Shown: positions 42,452 through 53,195, counted from the first letter of the stretch. The stretch: 64,000 nucleotides of DNA from Methylophilaceae bacterium (GCA_016778465.1 JADHPM010000006.1:4209-68208), one strand, 5' to 3'. Numbers and translations are program-made. Notes: generated by a model not told the origin, from the sequence alone.

Positions 42452-43701
42452 CGATCTATCTCGCCAAAAACAATATCTTGTGTACCAATAATTGCAACCA
42501 AGTCTGACAACATATGACCTTGTGTCATTTCATTTAAGGCCGCTAAATGAGGAAAACCCGGTGCTCTTATTTTTAAGCGATATGGTTTATTAGCCCCATC
42601 TGAAATGATATAAGTGCCAAATTCGCCTTTAGGATGTTCAACAGCGGCGTATGCCTCACCTTTTGGTAAGTGGAACCCCTCGGTGAAAAGTTTAAAATGG
42701 TGGATCATTGCTTCCATATCTTCCTTCATATCCTCACGTTTTGGTGGAGCAACTTTATTGTCTTTTGTAATAACCTCCCCTGGGTTTTTTCTTAACCAAT
42801 CTATACACTGGGAAATAATTTTATTTGACTCTCTCATTTCTTCAATACGCACTAAATAACGATCATAACAATCACCCTCTTTACCAACTGGAATATCGAA
42901 ATCCAGTTTATGGTAAATCTCATAGGGTTGTTTTTTCCTTAAATCCCACTCAACTCCAGAGCCTCTTAACATTGGTCCAGTCATACCTAATGCAATTGCG
43001 CGGTCAGGGTCGACAACGCCAATACCAACAGTTCTTTGTTTCCAAATACGATTATCTGTGAGGAGGGTCTCATACTCGTCGACATATTTTGGGAAGCGTT
43101 TAGTAAAATCTTCAATAAAATCTAATAAGGAGCCCTGTCGATTAGCATTTAATTTCTCAACTTCTTTTGGGTTTCGGTTTTTAGTTATCTCATATTTCGG
43201 CATGGTGGCTGGAAGATCACGATAAACCCCACCAGGTCTGTAGTATGCGGCGTGCATCCTTGCCCCAGAAACGGCCTCATAACAATCAAATAGATCCTCG
43301 CGTTCCCTAAATGCATAAAGGAAAACTGTCATAGCACCAACGTCTAACGCATGCGCTCCAAGCCAGAGCAAATGATTTAATATCCTCGTGATTTCATCAA
43401 ACATAACTCGAATATATTGCGCACGAGGGGGAACCTTGAGGTTGAGAAATTTCTCGATTGTCATGATGTACGCATGTTCATTCATCATCATCGAAACGTA
43501 GTCTAACCTATCCATGTATGGGACTGATTGAAGATAGGTTCTGTTTTCTGCTAGCTTCTCTGTTGCGCGATGAAGTAAACCAATATGAGGGTCAGCTCTT
43601 CGAATTACCTCTCCATCCATTTCAAGTACCAGTCTAAGGACTCCATGTGCGGCGGGGTGTTGCGGCCCAAAATTCATTGTGTAATTTTTTATCTCAGCCA
43701 T
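42448..43701 (-). CDS. nuoD: NADH-quinone oxidoreductase subunit D
   Basis: 417 aa from [24 protein letters not shown]. The track's 12-codon extension was discarded. Confidence 0.96.
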   Translation of the reverse strand: MAEIKNYTMNFGPQHPAAHGVLRLVLEMDGEVIRRADPHIGLLHRATEKLAENRTYLQSVPYMDRLDYVSMMMNEHAYIMTIEKFLNLKVPPRAQYIRVMFDEITRILNHLLWLGAHALDVGAMTVFLYAFREREDLFDCYEAVSGARMHAAYYRPGGVYRDLPATMPKYEITKNRNPKEVEKLNANRQGSLLDFIEDFTKRFPKYVDEYETLLTDNRIWKQRTVGIGVVDPDRAIALGMTGPMLRGSGVEWDLRKKQPYEIYHKLDFDIPVGKEGDCYDRYLVRIEEMRESNKIISQCIDWLRKNPGEVITKDNKVAPPKREDMKEDMEAMIHHFKLFTEGFHLPKGEAYAAVEHPKGEFGTYIISDGANKPYRLKIRAPGFPHLAALNEMTQGHMLSDLVAIIGTQDIVFGEIDR

Positions 43702-44290
43702 TGTGAAAGCCTTCATCACGAATGATTCTGGGGACATTATTTCTTTGCTCTATCGATACAGGCTCATAGATAACCCTCTTTTGACTAGGGTCATAACGCA
43801 TCTCAACTTTTCCAATCATTGGAAAATCTTTTCTAAACGGATGCCCTATGAAACCATAGTCTGTCAAAATTCTTCTCAGGTCCGGATGATTTAAAAACAT
43901 AATACCCAAGAGGTCAAAAGCTTCTCTTTCATACCAATCTGCAACAGGCCACAAAGAGATAACCGTCGGGAGTGTAGGAAATTCATTATCTTCAAGAAAA
44001 ACTTTGATGCGTAATCTGTTATTTTTTTTAAGAGATAAAAGATGATAAACCACTGCAAATCTTTTATTGTTTAGTTGTTCTTCGGGATATTCTAAAAAAT
44101 CCACCCCGCATAAATCAATGAGCTGCTTAAACTGAAAATCACGATTGTCTTTTAGGGTTTTTAAAATATCTATTAATTCCGTCGCCCCTACCGCTATGGT
44201 AACCTCATCAAAACCCAAAGAACTACGTAGTATTTTTTTTCCAAAACTTTTTTTTAGACGCTCTAACAATAATTTGGCATGTGTTTTCAT
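43694..44290 (-). CDS. nuoC: NADH-quinone oxidoreductase subunit C
   Basis: 198 aa from [12 protein letters not shown] overlap with the nuoB stop. The track's 27-codon extension lies inside nuoB. Confidence 0.93.
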   Translation of the reverse strand: MKTHAKLLLERLKKSFGKKILRSSLGFDEVTIAVGATELIDILKTLKDNRDFQFKQLIDLCGVDFLEYPEEQLNNKRFAVVYHLLSLKKNNRLRIKVFLEDNEFPTLPTVISLWPVADWYEREAFDLLGIMFLNHPDLRRILTDYGFIGHPFRKDFPMIGKVEMRYDPSQKRVIYEPVSIEQRNNVPRIIRDEGFHNG

Positions 44291-44763
44291 CGTGCGATGG
44301 TATGAGTTTTTTTGATTTTTTTCTGTAACTGAATTAATCCGTACATCAGGGCCTCTGCAGTGGGAGGGCAACCTGGAACATAAATATCAACTGGAATAAT
44401 TCTGTCGCATCCACGAACTACGGAATATGAATAGTGGTAATAGCCGCCACCATTTGCGCACGATCCCATTGAGATAACCCATTTTGGATCAGGCATTTGA
44501 TCATAAACTTTTCTTAAAGCTGGAGCCATCTTATTAACAAGAGTTCCGGCAACAATCATAACATCAGATTGCCTTGGGCTTGGTCGAAAAACAACGCCAA
44601 AGCGATCTAAATCATATCGAGATGCGCCTGCATGCATCATTTCAACTGCGCAACAAGCCAAGCCAAATGTCATTGGCCAAAGGGATCCTGTTCTCGTATA
44701 GTTAATTAATGTGTCAAGGTTCGTAGTCACATAACCTTTTTCTAAAATGCCCTCAATGCCCAT
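44287..44763 (-). CDS. nuoB: NADH-quinone oxidoreductase subunit B
   Basis: 158 aa; GLACCAVEM...GSCANGGG...PGCPP (N2 cluster ligands). Confidence 0.97.
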   Translation of the reverse strand: MGIEGILEKGYVTTNLDTLINYTRTGSLWPMTFGLACCAVEMMHAGASRYDLDRFGVVFRPSPRQSDVMIVAGTLVNKMAPALRKVYDQMPDPKWVISMGSCANGGGYYHYSYSVVRGCDRIIPVDIYVPGCPPTAEALMYGLIQLQKKIKKTHTIAR

Positions 44764-44766
44764 GAA

Positions 44767-45123
44767 TTACTCCCAATCCAATGCCCCTTTTTTCCATTCG
44801 TAGATGAAGCCCACTACTAAGATGGCTAAAAATATCAACATCGCAACAAAACCAAATAGCCCAATCTCATCAATGACAACTGCCCATGGAAAAAGAAAGG
44901 TGATTTCAAGGTCAAATAGAATAAATAGGATTGCCACCAGGTAGTAACGCACATCAAATTTCATACGTGCGTCTTCAAAAGCTTCAAAACCGCATTCGTA
45001 GGGTGAGTTTTTTGCATCACTGGGCTTATTGGGGCTTACAAGAGAACCAATAATGATTGGACCTAAACCAATAGCAAGACCAACAAATATGAAAAGCAAA
45101 ATTGGAAAGTAATTTTCCAGCAC
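44767..45123 (-). CDS. nuoA: NADH-quinone oxidoreductase subunit A
   Basis: 118 aa, 3 TM, YECGF motif, first gene of the operon. Confidence 0.95.
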   Translation of the reverse strand: MLENYFPILLFIFVGLAIGLGPIIIGSLVSPNKPSDAKNSPYECGFEAFEDARMKFDVRYYLVAILFILFDLEITFLFPWAVVIDEIGLFGFVAMLIFLAILVVGFIYEWKKGALDWE

Positions 45124-45151
45124 AACCGTCCTTCAGTTAAAAATAAATTTT

Positions 45152-45236
45152 TGGTGCCGTCGGCGAGACTCGAACTCGCACGACTTTCGTCACTACCCCC
45201 TCAAGATAGCGTGTCTACCAATTCCACCACGACGGC
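45152..45236 (-). tRNA. tRNA-Leu (anticodon GAG)
   Basis: GCCGTCGTGGTGGAATTGGTAGACACGCTATCTTGAGGGGGTAG... with a long variable arm. Anticodon arm CTATC-TTGAGGG-GGTAG. 85 nt with CCA. Confidence 0.92.
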
Positions 45237-45256
45237 TAATTAACAAAAAGCCTTAT

Positions 45257-45598
45257 TTAGTCTGGGATATCGTCAACACTTGTGATCTCATCTGACTCAG
45301 AGTTGCCAACAATAGTTTCCACAGATTCTGTTTCTTGAGGTAAATTTGAAACAGTTGATGAACCATGTTTTTTACTGGCAACAATAGCCAAAGCGATACT
45401 TGTACAGAAAAATACCGTCACACAGATTGAAGTTAAACGACTAAGAAAATTTGAGGATCCTTGAACCCCAAAAACGCTTCCTGAATTTCCACCTCCAAAT
45501 GCAGCGCCAGCATCAGCACCTTTGCCGTGCTGAACTAGGACTAATCCTATAACGCCCAAACATGCTAAGACATGAATTATTACTATTAAACCTTCCAT
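45257..45598 (-). CDS. secG: Preprotein translocase subunit SecG
   Basis: 113 aa with 2 TM and a Gly-rich loop (GKGADAGAAFGGG). Sits in the tpiA-secG-tRNA-Leu arrangement. Confidence 0.9.
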   Translation of the reverse strand: MEGLIVIIHVLACLGVIGLVLVQHGKGADAGAAFGGGNSGSVFGVQGSSNFLSRLTSICVTVFFCTSIALAIVASKKHGSSTVSNLPQETESVETIVGNSESDEITSVDDIPD

Positions 45599-45615
45599 AA
45601 TCCCTCTTCAAACAA

Positions 45616-46383
45616 CTAAATTGAATTAACGATCTGACAAATTTTTATAAACTCCTCAGCATTCAAAGAGCCTCGTCCAATTAATGCCCCATCAACGCTT
45701 TCTAACCCGCATAATTGTAACGCATTTTTACTATTTACGCTCCCGCCATAGATAATTTTTAAGCCCTCAACATTGTTATTTTCTGTGTCGTTAATTAACC
45801 CTCTTATAAAACTACACATGTGGTCTGCCTGATCAGGTGAAGCGGCTAAATCAGTGCCAATAGCCCATATTGGTTCATAAGAAATAATAGAATCAGCAAA
45901 AATATTTTTACCATAATTTTTTCGAATAGTATTTATTTGACTTGCTACCACACGCTCCATTATCCCAGCTTCTCTTTCAATTAAAGTTTCACCAACACAT
46001 AACACTGGAGTCATCAATTTATTTTTTAACGCACTAAATTTTAATGCAATATTCTCATCTGACTCGCAATATGCAGTACTTCTCTCAGAATGGCCAACAA
46101 TCGCACATTTGGCATTAAAATCTGAAAGCATAGAAACGCTAACCTCCCCTGTAAAAGGACCATCACTATCTTTTGCAACGTTTTGGCTGCCCCAGAAAAT
46201 ATTACTTTTTTGAAAAATTCTTTGGGCTTGAAATAAGTATGGATAGGGGACACAAACACCAATATCAACATCACTAAAATCATTAACTCCAGATTTAATG
46301 TCACTAAAATGCTTCTCATTAAAATGCAATGAGCCATTCATTTTCAAGTTACCTATCACTACTTTTTTAGTTAATTTAGTCAT
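45616..46383 (-). CDS. tpiA: Triose-phosphate isomerase
   Basis: 255 aa; GNLKMNG, VGHSERS, YEPIWAIGT. Confidence 0.95.
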   Translation of the reverse strand: MTKLTKKVVIGNLKMNGSLHFNEKHFSDIKSGVNDFSDVDIGVCVPYPYLFQAQRIFQKSNIFWGSQNVAKDSDGPFTGEVSVSMLSDFNAKCAIVGHSERSTAYCESDENIALKFSALKNKLMTPVLCVGETLIEREAGIMERVVASQINTIRKNYGKNIFADSIISYEPIWAIGTDLAASPDQADHMCSFIRGLINDTENNNVEGLKIIYGGSVNSKNALQLCGLESVDGALIGRGSLNAEEFIKICQIVNSI

Positions 46384-48073
46384 TAATTATCTGTCGCAAA
46401 ATTAATTGGATTTCCTCTCTACCAGAAAACCGGTTGATATCAATTTCATAGATTGCTTCTATTTTATCAGCTAGTCGATGCTCGTAATTAAAATACATTG
46501 CAGTATATTTTTTTTTCTTGTATTTCAAAGTGCATTTTATATGTTTATCACCAATACTTGTTTGCTCAAGAACCTCAAAAGTGTCGCAAAAAATAGGTGT
46601 TGGAAAACCTTGTCCCCAAATTTCAGAGTTGATTAAATTGATGTCATCCAAGTTAATTTCATCGAGAATTGAGTGATCAACTTCAAACGCAAGACTCAAA
46701 TCATTATCATTGAGCAAGTCACTGGCAACACTTTCAAATTCTTTATTAAATAAATTGAAATTATTATCCTTAATAGTTAAGCCAGCTGCCATTGCATGAC
46801 CACCAAAACTAAGAATTAAATCAGGATGTTTTTTTGAGACGAGATCAATTGCATCGCGTAAATGAAAATTTCTTATTGATCTCCCGGAGCCTTTTAAACA
46901 TCCGCCATCATCTTTAGCAAAAATAATTGTAGGGCGATAAAATTTCTCTTTAATTCTTGAGGCTAAAATACCTATTACACCCTGATGCCAACTTTCATCA
47001 TACAAAGCTATTGCTTTTTTATTACCAAGTTCTCCTAAAATGCTTTGTGATAATGCACTTTCTTTCATCTCATTTTCAATTTGACGTCTCTCGGAATTTA
47101 AACTTACTAGCTCTCTGGCGAAAAACAGAGCCTCATCAAGATCTTTTGCAAGCAAACATTTGATTCCTAAAGTCATATCATCAAGCCTGCCTGCAGCATT
47201 TAATTTGGGTGCAATAACAAAAGACAAATCTGAAGTTTTTAGATTTTTTAATTGGCGCTTACTCAGTTGTGTAATTGCTTTAATTCCAAAATTTCCCTCT
47301 CCAGAGCGAATAATTTGCATGCCAAATTTAACTAATAAACGGTTATTAAAGTCAAGTTTAACTAAGTCAGCAATGGTTCCTAGGCAAACGATATCAAGTA
47401 AATCAGATAATCGCGGAGCATCGTTTTGATTAAAAATATTTCTTCTTATTGCCTCAGATTTCATGGCAATAAGAAGGTAAAAAATAACGCCTACCCCACA
47501 AAGATTTTTGCTAGGGAAGTGACAATCACGTTGGTTTGGATTAATAATAAAGTTTGCATTTGGTAAAGTGTCGCCTGGTAAATGATGATCTGTAATTATG
47601 ACATCGACATTATGAGCTCGAGCATATTCAACTCCCTCTAGGCTAGCTATGCCATTATCTACTGTGATAATTAAATCTGGTTTCTGACTTAACGCCTTCT
47701 TCGCAATTGACACCGACAAACCATAACCATCCTCAAAGCGGTTAGGAACAAGAAAATCAACATTGGCGCCAAATTTTTTAAGACCGAGAATTGCGCAAGC
47801 TGAAGCAGTGGCCCCATCAGCATCATAATCACCTATGATAAGTATTTTTTTATTGGCTAAAATAGCGTCTAAAATATAATTTGCGGATGATTCCGCAAAG
47901 CTTAGCTGGCCATGTGGTATCAATTTTTCAAGCTTGTAATCAATATCACTCACTGAATAAATCGCTCTTGTACTCAGAATTGATGCAAGGGTTTTGTGAA
48001 TTTCAAATTCGATTAACTCTTTTTCAAGAATCGTATTTTTTTTTCGTAACTTAGTTTTCGTTGATGAATTCAT
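46376..48073 (-). CDS. recJ: Single-stranded-DNA-specific exonuclease RecJ
   Basis: DHH motifs (GDYDADG, ITDHH) and DHHA1 (GGHAMAAG). The start at ATG 48073 is tentative. Confidence 0.93.
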   Translation of the reverse strand: MNSSTKTKLRKKNTILEKELIEFEIHKTLASILSTRAIYSVSDIDYKLEKLIPHGQLSFAESSANYILDAILANKKILIIGDYDADGATASACAILGLKKFGANVDFLVPNRFEDGYGLSVSIAKKALSQKPDLIITVDNGIASLEGVEYARAHNVDVIITDHHLPGDTLPNANFIINPNQRDCHFPSKNLCGVGVIFYLLIAMKSEAIRRNIFNQNDAPRLSDLLDIVCLGTIADLVKLDFNNRLLVKFGMQIIRSGEGNFGIKAITQLSKRQLKNLKTSDLSFVIAPKLNAAGRLDDMTLGIKCLLAKDLDEALFFARELVSLNSERRQIENEMKESALSQSILGELGNKKAIALYDESWHQGVIGILASRIKEKFYRPTIIFAKDDGGCLKGSGRSIRNFHLRDAIDLVSKKHPDLILSFGGHAMAAGLTIKDNNFNLFNKEFESVASDLLNDNDLSLAFEVDHSILDEINLDDINLINSEIWGQGFPTPIFCDTFEVLEQTSIGDKHIKCTLKYKKKKYTAMYFNYEHRLADKIEAIYEIDINRFSGREEIQLILRQIIND

Positions 48074-48986
48074 GAAATATTTTCTGTTTGCTAAAATTGA
48101 TAAATGAAAACCAATTGGTTCTAGCAACTAGACAACTGTTTTCTCTAATTATTTTTAATTGCAATTGTTTGAGTTTATTTCTCGAGAAGCAATGCTCAAT
48201 GTAATTTAAAATTAACTCTCGTTGCTCCGACATGACTCTTAAATCAAAATAGAAATTAGCATGGCTTATAGGATTCGTGGGGGCAACCGCTTCAAAAGGA
48301 AGAATCATAAGTGACGAATCCACTAGGCTCATTTGTTTTACCAAAAAAGAATTGGTTACAATTTTTTTTCTGTGAACGATTGAAAGATTTGATGGAAGTT
48401 TACCGCCACCTGAAAACCAGATTGTATTTATAGGAGGCAAACCCTCCCGAATTCTTTTCTTATTAAAGTCTGTATCGAATAAACACATTTGAATTTCATT
48501 GATTAACTGGTGCCAAAACATTGCATCTGCGCCTTGAGGCAGGAAATTTTTATTAGCAAAGGCGTTTAATTGCTCAGGAAAAAAACATTTAACATCAGTA
48601 TTTAAATTTGTTTTTAATAAAAGAAATTTATCATTTACAATAAATTTGAATGCATTTTTCGAAAAATTATTATTTAATAAATCACAAATATAGGTAAGTG
48701 TTTTTTCATCTAATTGATTGTCAAAGTTTTTTTCAAACCGATAAAAATCTCTTTGCAGAGAGAAAAAACAGGGCGATGCTTTAAAAAAATATTCTGTTTC
48801 TTCGTTTATTTTTTTTAGGCCAAGTATTGAGCCAATAGGTAACTGATCCGACTTCAGATTTAAAATATCTCTACTTACTAATTCCTCAAATGTAACATTT
48901 TCATTATGAAGTCTTGATTTTTTGACAAATTTGTTAAGAACTCCTGAGTTAATTGGCTCATCAATAAGAAGGTTAAATGTGTTCAA
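48051..48986 (-). CDS. Conserved hypothetical protein (possibly COG4255-like)
   Basis: 311 aa. The motif W..L.NE.QM.L......N..R...GLPPINT.WFSGGG resembles an uncharacterised proteobacterial family I recall only loosely. Confidence 0.45.
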   Translation of the reverse strand: MNTFNLLIDEPINSGVLNKFVKKSRLHNENVTFEELVSRDILNLKSDQLPIGSILGLKKINEETEYFFKASPCFFSLQRDFYRFEKNFDNQLDEKTLTYICDLLNNNFSKNAFKFIVNDKFLLLKTNLNTDVKCFFPEQLNAFANKNFLPQGADAMFWHQLINEIQMCLFDTDFNKKRIREGLPPINTIWFSGGGKLPSNLSIVHRKKIVTNSFLVKQMSLVDSSLMILPFEAVAPTNPISHANFYFDLRVMSEQRELILNYIEHCFSRNKLKQLQLKIIRENSCLVARTNWFSFINFSKQKIFHEFINEN

Positions 48987-48988
48987 AT

Positions 48989-49186
48989 TTATTTGATAAA
49001 TATAATTAACAAACCAAAGTAGAGAAGTGCAAATATTGCAATCAAAATAAACACTAGTTTTAATGTTTTGTGTATTTCGCTAAGTAAATTTTTAATTTCT
49101 TTTAGATCATCATCTTGCATGAGTAAATTATACGCAAAACTCTTTAATTTGTTGGGGAGAATACTGATCTTATTAATATAGATCAA
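48989..49186 (-). CDS. Hypothetical small membrane protein
   Basis: 65 aa with a C-terminal TM segment. Lies 2 nt upstream of the next ORF. Coding status uncertain. Confidence 0.35.
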   Translation of the reverse strand: MIYINKISILPNKLKSFAYNLLMQDDDLKEIKNLLSEIHKTLKLVFILIAIFALLYFGLLIIFIK

Positions 49187-49193
49187 TATTATT

Positions 49194-49490
49194 TTACATC
49201 TGACTAGTCACATAACACTTAAAGCTACCCTGCAAGATTTTTCTTTTTTGCTCATCTTCCAGGATATGGTCAAATTCTGTACTCAAAATTTCAAAGCGTG
49301 TGCCGCAAATGTCTTTTACTTTATTTTTAAAAGTAGTTTTAAATTCTTTGTCATCAATTAACTGTTCCCCTGTGATGATTAAAATATAGGTATCGGAACC
49401 TTGAGGAAAAAAATCTAAGTTAAATTTTTTGAGGTCATTTGCCCAAACACATGAGATTGATAAAACAAAAAGAAAAAGGAATTTTTGCAT
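49194..49490 (-). CDS. Hypothetical exported protein
   Basis: 98 aa with signal peptide (MQKFLFLFVLSISCVWA) and two additional Cys residues. Confidence 0.45.
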   Translation of the reverse strand: MQKFLFLFVLSISCVWANDLKKFNLDFFPQGSDTYILIITGEQLIDDKEFKTTFKNKVKDICGTRFEILSTEFDHILEDEQKRKILQGSFKCYVTSQM

Positions 49491-49611
49491 TTTTTTATTG
49501 TTGAAATATTTAATAACTTGGAGCCCCGGGACTCAATTCATTTATGATTTAATAACCTTTTATAAACAATATCAGCTATTAATATAATAAAAAAGAAAAT
49601 TGGTTTTGTAA

Positions 49612-49700
49612 TGGTGCCCGGGGCCGGAATCGAACCGGCACGACCGTTAAAAGTCGAGAGATTTTAAGTCTCTTGTGTCTACCAATTTCACCACCCGGGC
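49612..49700 (-). tRNA. tRNA-Leu (anticodon TAA)
   Basis: GCCCGGGTGGTGAAATTGGTAGACACAAGAGACTTAAAATCTCT... with a long variable arm. Anticodon loop CTTAAAA. 89 nt with CCA. Confidence 0.9.
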
Positions 49701-49740
49701 ATATCGCTATTTTATCATTTCTCCATTGAAATGATAAAAA

Positions 49741-49814
49741 TGGAGGCGCGTGCCGGAATCGAACCGGCGTCTACGGCTTTGCAGGCCGCTGCATAACCAC
49801 TTTGCTAACGCGCC
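49741..49814 (-). tRNA. tRNA-Cys (anticodon GCA)
   Basis: GGCGCGTTAGCAAAGTGGTTATGCAGCGGCCTGCAAAGCCGT...TCCA. Anticodon loop CTGCAAA. 74 nt. Confidence 0.92.
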
Positions 49815-49864
49815 AACGTCTAAAACTAAAAAGGGGGATTAATTAACCCCCCTTGTTTTTAATT

Positions 49865-49940
49865 TGGAGCGGGAAACGAGGTTCGAACTCGCGACCTATA
49901 CCTTGGCAAGGTATCGCTCTACCAGCTGAGCTATTCCCGC
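49865..49940 (-). tRNA. tRNA-Gly (anticodon GCC)
   Basis: GCGGGAATAGCTCAGCTGGTAGAGCGATACCTTGCCAAGGTAT...TCCA. 76 nt. Sits in the uvrC-pgsA-Gly-Cys-Leu arrangement, as in E. coli. Confidence 0.93.
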
Positions 49941-49993
49941 ATTGCGAAGGCAGTATTTTAGCGTTTTTTAGCTATGTGTCAATCATACAATTT

Positions 49994-50569
49994 TCATTGT
50001 TTTTTATCAGTAAGCGATTGAATAGCCTTATTTAAATAAAATATCATGGAGACAATTGTAAGTATGGCAGCGATATTAATTAACCACGAGCCAATGGTGT
50101 ATATTGGGATAAGCATAATATTATGTGCAAACAACAGACAGGGTATCGCAATCATTTGAAAGATTGTTTTTAACTTTCCAATAAAAGCAACAGCCACCCC
50201 ACTTGACCGTCCAACAGTTGCCATCCATTCCCGGAGTGCGCTGACTACAAATTCCCGCCCGATGATTATGATTCCAATAAGTGCGCTAATTCGATCTAAT
50301 TCGATGAGTAATATTAGGGCAGTTATAACGATAAACTTATCTGCCACCGGATCAATAAATGCTCCAAATTTTGAGGTCTGATTCAAACGACGGGCTAAAT
50401 AGCCATCCAACCAGTCTGTTAGCGCTGCAAGAATAAAAATAGCTGTCGCTATAATGTCTTTTTCATATAATGATAAATAAGAATTGGGCAAGTAATAGGT
50501 CGCGACTAGGCATGGAACAAGAAGTATTCTAAAAAAAGTTATTAGGTTCGGGATGTTGTAAATTGTCAT
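49994..50569 (-). CDS. pgsA: CDP-diacylglycerol--glycerol-3-phosphate 3-phosphatidyltransferase
   Basis: 191 aa; CDP-alcohol phosphotransferase motif D.LDG..AR....S.FGAF.DP.ADK. Confidence 0.94.
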   Translation of the reverse strand: MTIYNIPNLITFFRILLVPCLVATYYLPNSYLSLYEKDIIATAIFILAALTDWLDGYLARRLNQTSKFGAFIDPVADKFIVITALILLIELDRISALIGIIIIGREFVVSALREWMATVGRSSGVAVAFIGKLKTIFQMIAIPCLLFAHNIMLIPIYTIGSWLINIAAILTIVSMIFYLNKAIQSLTDKKQ

Positions 50570-50580
50570 AGATCTTTATT

Positions 50581-52380
50581 TTAATGGAAAAAGTCGTATA
50601 TTTTTTCTGCAAGCTGTTTATTTATTCCCTCGACCAAAATTAATTCTTCTATAGGTGCACTTTTTACGCCATCTAGCCCCCCAAAATACACCAATAAATT
50701 CTTTCTTTTTTTGGAACCAATCCCCTCAATATCCTCCAGGCTCGAGGCAAGGACAGCCTTCGCTCGCCTAGCACGGTGCCCCGTAATTGCAAACCTGTGT
50801 GCCTCATCCCTAATTTTCTGGAGCAGATGAAAACCAATATGACTCGAATCAGTCTCTTGAATAATTTTCCCATCAGATAAAATTAATTTTTCATTTCCAA
50901 CTTTTCGCGCAGGGCCTTTTGAGACACCAACAAGAAAAATATCATGGACACCTAACTCATCGATTATTTTCTTTGCAATGTTTACCTGACCTAATCCTCC
51001 ATCAATTAAAATTAAGTCAGGCCTCTTGCCCTCTTCAAGGATTAACCTTTTGAGTCTGCGATCAATAACTTCTCTCATTGCGCCATAATCGTCGCCCGGG
51101 TTGTCGTGCTTAATATTAAATTTTCTATACTCCTTAGGTTGCATATTAAAGTGATCATAAACAACACAAGATGCAACTGTTTGTGCTCCCATTGTGTGAC
51201 TAATATCAAAACACTCTACTCGATTAACATAGTCTGGAAGCTTCAAAAGTTCTCTTAATTTTATGAGCTTCTCCTCCTGAGCTGACTGCTTATCATTTTC
51301 TTGTAATAACGCTACCTTTGCATTTTTTTCTGCCATCAAATGCCAGTTCTTTTTATCTCCAACTAAGCGAGAGATAATTTTTATTTTTTGATAATTTTTA
51401 ATTTTAAAAAAATCTTGGAGCAGCGATTTATTAATATTCTTATTAATCACTATTGAAGGCGGGGGTTTAACTTCGTCATAAAACTGAGTAATAAAAATTT
51501 CAATTACATTGATATCATCTTGATCTTGTTGAAATCTTGGAAAATAACTTTTGTCGCCCAAATGTCTCCCGCCCCGAATCATGACGACATTCACGCAGAC
51601 TTTGCCAAATGCATGAAAAGAGGCAATGATATCAGCGTCTTTTTCACTAAAATCACTAACCGATTGTTGTAACCTGACTTGTCGTAAACTTTGAATTCTG
51701 TCTCGGTAAACGGCTGCCCTCTCATAATTAAATGCATCCGCGTGTTCATTCATTTTTTGGGTTAAATTTTTAATTACCTCACTACCTTTGCCATTCAAAA
51801 AAAGCGCTGCTTGTTTTGTATCATGCATATATTCAGACTGACTAATTAAATTGACGCAAGGTGCCGTGCAACGTTTAATTTGATACTCAAGGCATGGTCT
51901 TGAACGATTTTTAAATACAGTATTTTCACAGGTTCTCAACATGAACACTTTTTGTAATAATTTTATGCTTTCCCTGACAGCTGTTGCATTTGGAAAAGGT
52001 CCAAAATATTGAGTATGCTTCTTTTGTGCACCTCGATGAAAGCGCATTCGAGGAAAATTATCATCAGTTATTGCGAGGTATGGGTATGATTTATCATCTC
52101 TAAAAATCACGTTATAGCGAGGCATGAATTTTTTGATAAGATTATTTTCTAAAATTAACGCTTCTGCTTCAGTGTTTGTTACCGTAAATTCTATCTTATC
52201 AATATTGCCCACCATTAACTTTGTTCGTGGGCTACTTTGATTTTTACCAAAATAGGACCTTACCCTATTTTTTAAACTTTTTGCCTTTCCAACATAGATG
52301 ATATCTCCTTTGGAGTTTATCATGCGATAAACTCCAGGGAGATCAGGAAATGTTTTTGCTAAATCTTTTAAATACTGCAC
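50581..52380 (-). CDS. uvrC: Excinuclease ABC subunit C
   Basis: GIY-YIG N-terminus (PGVYRM...IYVGKAK.L..R), UvrBC-interaction region and C-terminal HhH. I prefer the GTG at 52380, 1 nt after the tautomerase stop, to the track's TTG at 52404. Confidence 0.94.
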   Translation of the reverse strand: MQYLKDLAKTFPDLPGVYRMINSKGDIIYVGKAKSLKNRVRSYFGKNQSSPRTKLMVGNIDKIEFTVTNTEAEALILENNLIKKFMPRYNVIFRDDKSYPYLAITDDNFPRMRFHRGAQKKHTQYFGPFPNATAVRESIKLLQKVFMLRTCENTVFKNRSRPCLEYQIKRCTAPCVNLISQSEYMHDTKQAALFLNGKGSEVIKNLTQKMNEHADAFNYERAAVYRDRIQSLRQVRLQQSVSDFSEKDADIIASFHAFGKVCVNVVMIRGGRHLGDKSYFPRFQQDQDDINVIEIFITQFYDEVKPPPSIVINKNINKSLLQDFFKIKNYQKIKIISRLVGDKKNWHLMAEKNAKVALLQENDKQSAQEEKLIKLRELLKLPDYVNRVECFDISHTMGAQTVASCVVYDHFNMQPKEYRKFNIKHDNPGDDYGAMREVIDRRLKRLILEEGKRPDLILIDGGLGQVNIAKKIIDELGVHDIFLVGVSKGPARKVGNEKLILSDGKIIQETDSSHIGFHLLQKIRDEAHRFAITGHRARRAKAVLASSLEDIEGIGSKKRKNLLVYFGGLDGVKSAPIEELILVEGINKQLAEKIYDFFH

Positions 52381-52381
52381 A

Positions 52382-52561
52382 TTACCCCAACAAACTTCCT
52401 CCAATACCCCAGTCCTCGCCTTTTACTTCGTCAAAAACAATATAGGTATATGAAGGAGGTTTTCCTGCAACTCTTTGCATAACGTCGGTAATCTCTTTAG
52501 CAATTTCCTCTTTTTGATTACGATTTAAGGTCCCAGCTAGTTTTACATTGATATATGGCAT
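52382..52561 (-). CDS. 4-oxalocrotonate tautomerase-family protein (59 aa)
   Basis: Hand-translated: MPYINVKLAGTLNRNQKEEIAKEITDVMQRVAGKPPSYTYIVFDEVKGEDWGIGGSLLG*. Has the catalytic Pro-1 context and the beta-alpha-beta length typical of 4-OT. One codon below the track's cutoff. Confidence 0.75.
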   Translation of the reverse strand: MPYINVKLAGTLNRNQKEEIAKEITDVMQRVAGKPPSYTYIVFDEVKGEDWGIGGSLLG

Positions 52562-53190
52562 TTATTCTCTCCTCTTTCTTGGACAATTAATTTAAAAATA
52601 TTTTGAAACATATCTTTAGTTAATCTTTTAGTCTGCGTGTTATAACGACTGCAGTGATAACTATCATATAAAATTAATCCATTTATCAACTTATGTCGAC
52701 TCCCATGTGCAAACTTGTAATTTGATTTTTTAAGTTCAAGAGCCTCAAGGACTGCATTGTGCGCAATGGTTCCAAGAGCCAAGATGAGTGAATTTTTAGG
52801 AAGTGTATTAATTTCACAAGCAAGAAACTTATTACAGTTTTTTACTTCCTCTGGTAAGGGTTTGTTTGCAGGTGGAAGACACTTTACCGCATTTGTAATT
52901 TTGCAATCGCGCAACTCTAATTGATCATTGTTAATAGACTGAGGAGCAGATGAGAAACCAAATTCATAAAGCGTCTCATATAATAAAATCCCTGCATAAT
53001 CTCCTGTAAATGGACGTCCTGTTTTATTGGCACCATGCAATCCTGGAGCTAGCCCAACAATTAGTAAATGTCCGTTTGAATCGCCAAATGGAGCAACAGG
53101 CTTGCAATAATAGTCAGGAAAATCTTCTTTGGTTTTAATTAAAAATTGGTTAAGGCGACGACACTTTGTACAATTTTCATCAAATTTCAT
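52543..53190 (-). CDS. Uracil-DNA glycosylase superfamily protein (family 4/5-like)
   Basis: 215 aa; N-terminal C..C pair, GLAPG.HGANKTGRPFTGD motif, and a His-containing C-terminal motif (DSYHCSRYN). Confidence 0.8.
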   Translation of the reverse strand: MKFDENCTKCRRLNQFLIKTKEDFPDYYCKPVAPFGDSNGHLLIVGLAPGLHGANKTGRPFTGDYAGILLYETLYEFGFSSAPQSINNDQLELRDCKITNAVKCLPPANKPLPEEVKNCNKFLACEINTLPKNSLILALGTIAHNAVLEALELKKSNYKFAHGSRHKLINGLILYDSYHCSRYNTQTKRLTKDMFQNIFKLIVQERGENKCHISM

Positions 53191-53195
53191 TGAGA

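Noticed and set aside
49853-50035. 60-aa plus-strand ORF
   Set aside because: It lies on top of tRNA-Gly(GCC) (49865-49940) and the 3' end of pgsA, so it is spurious.
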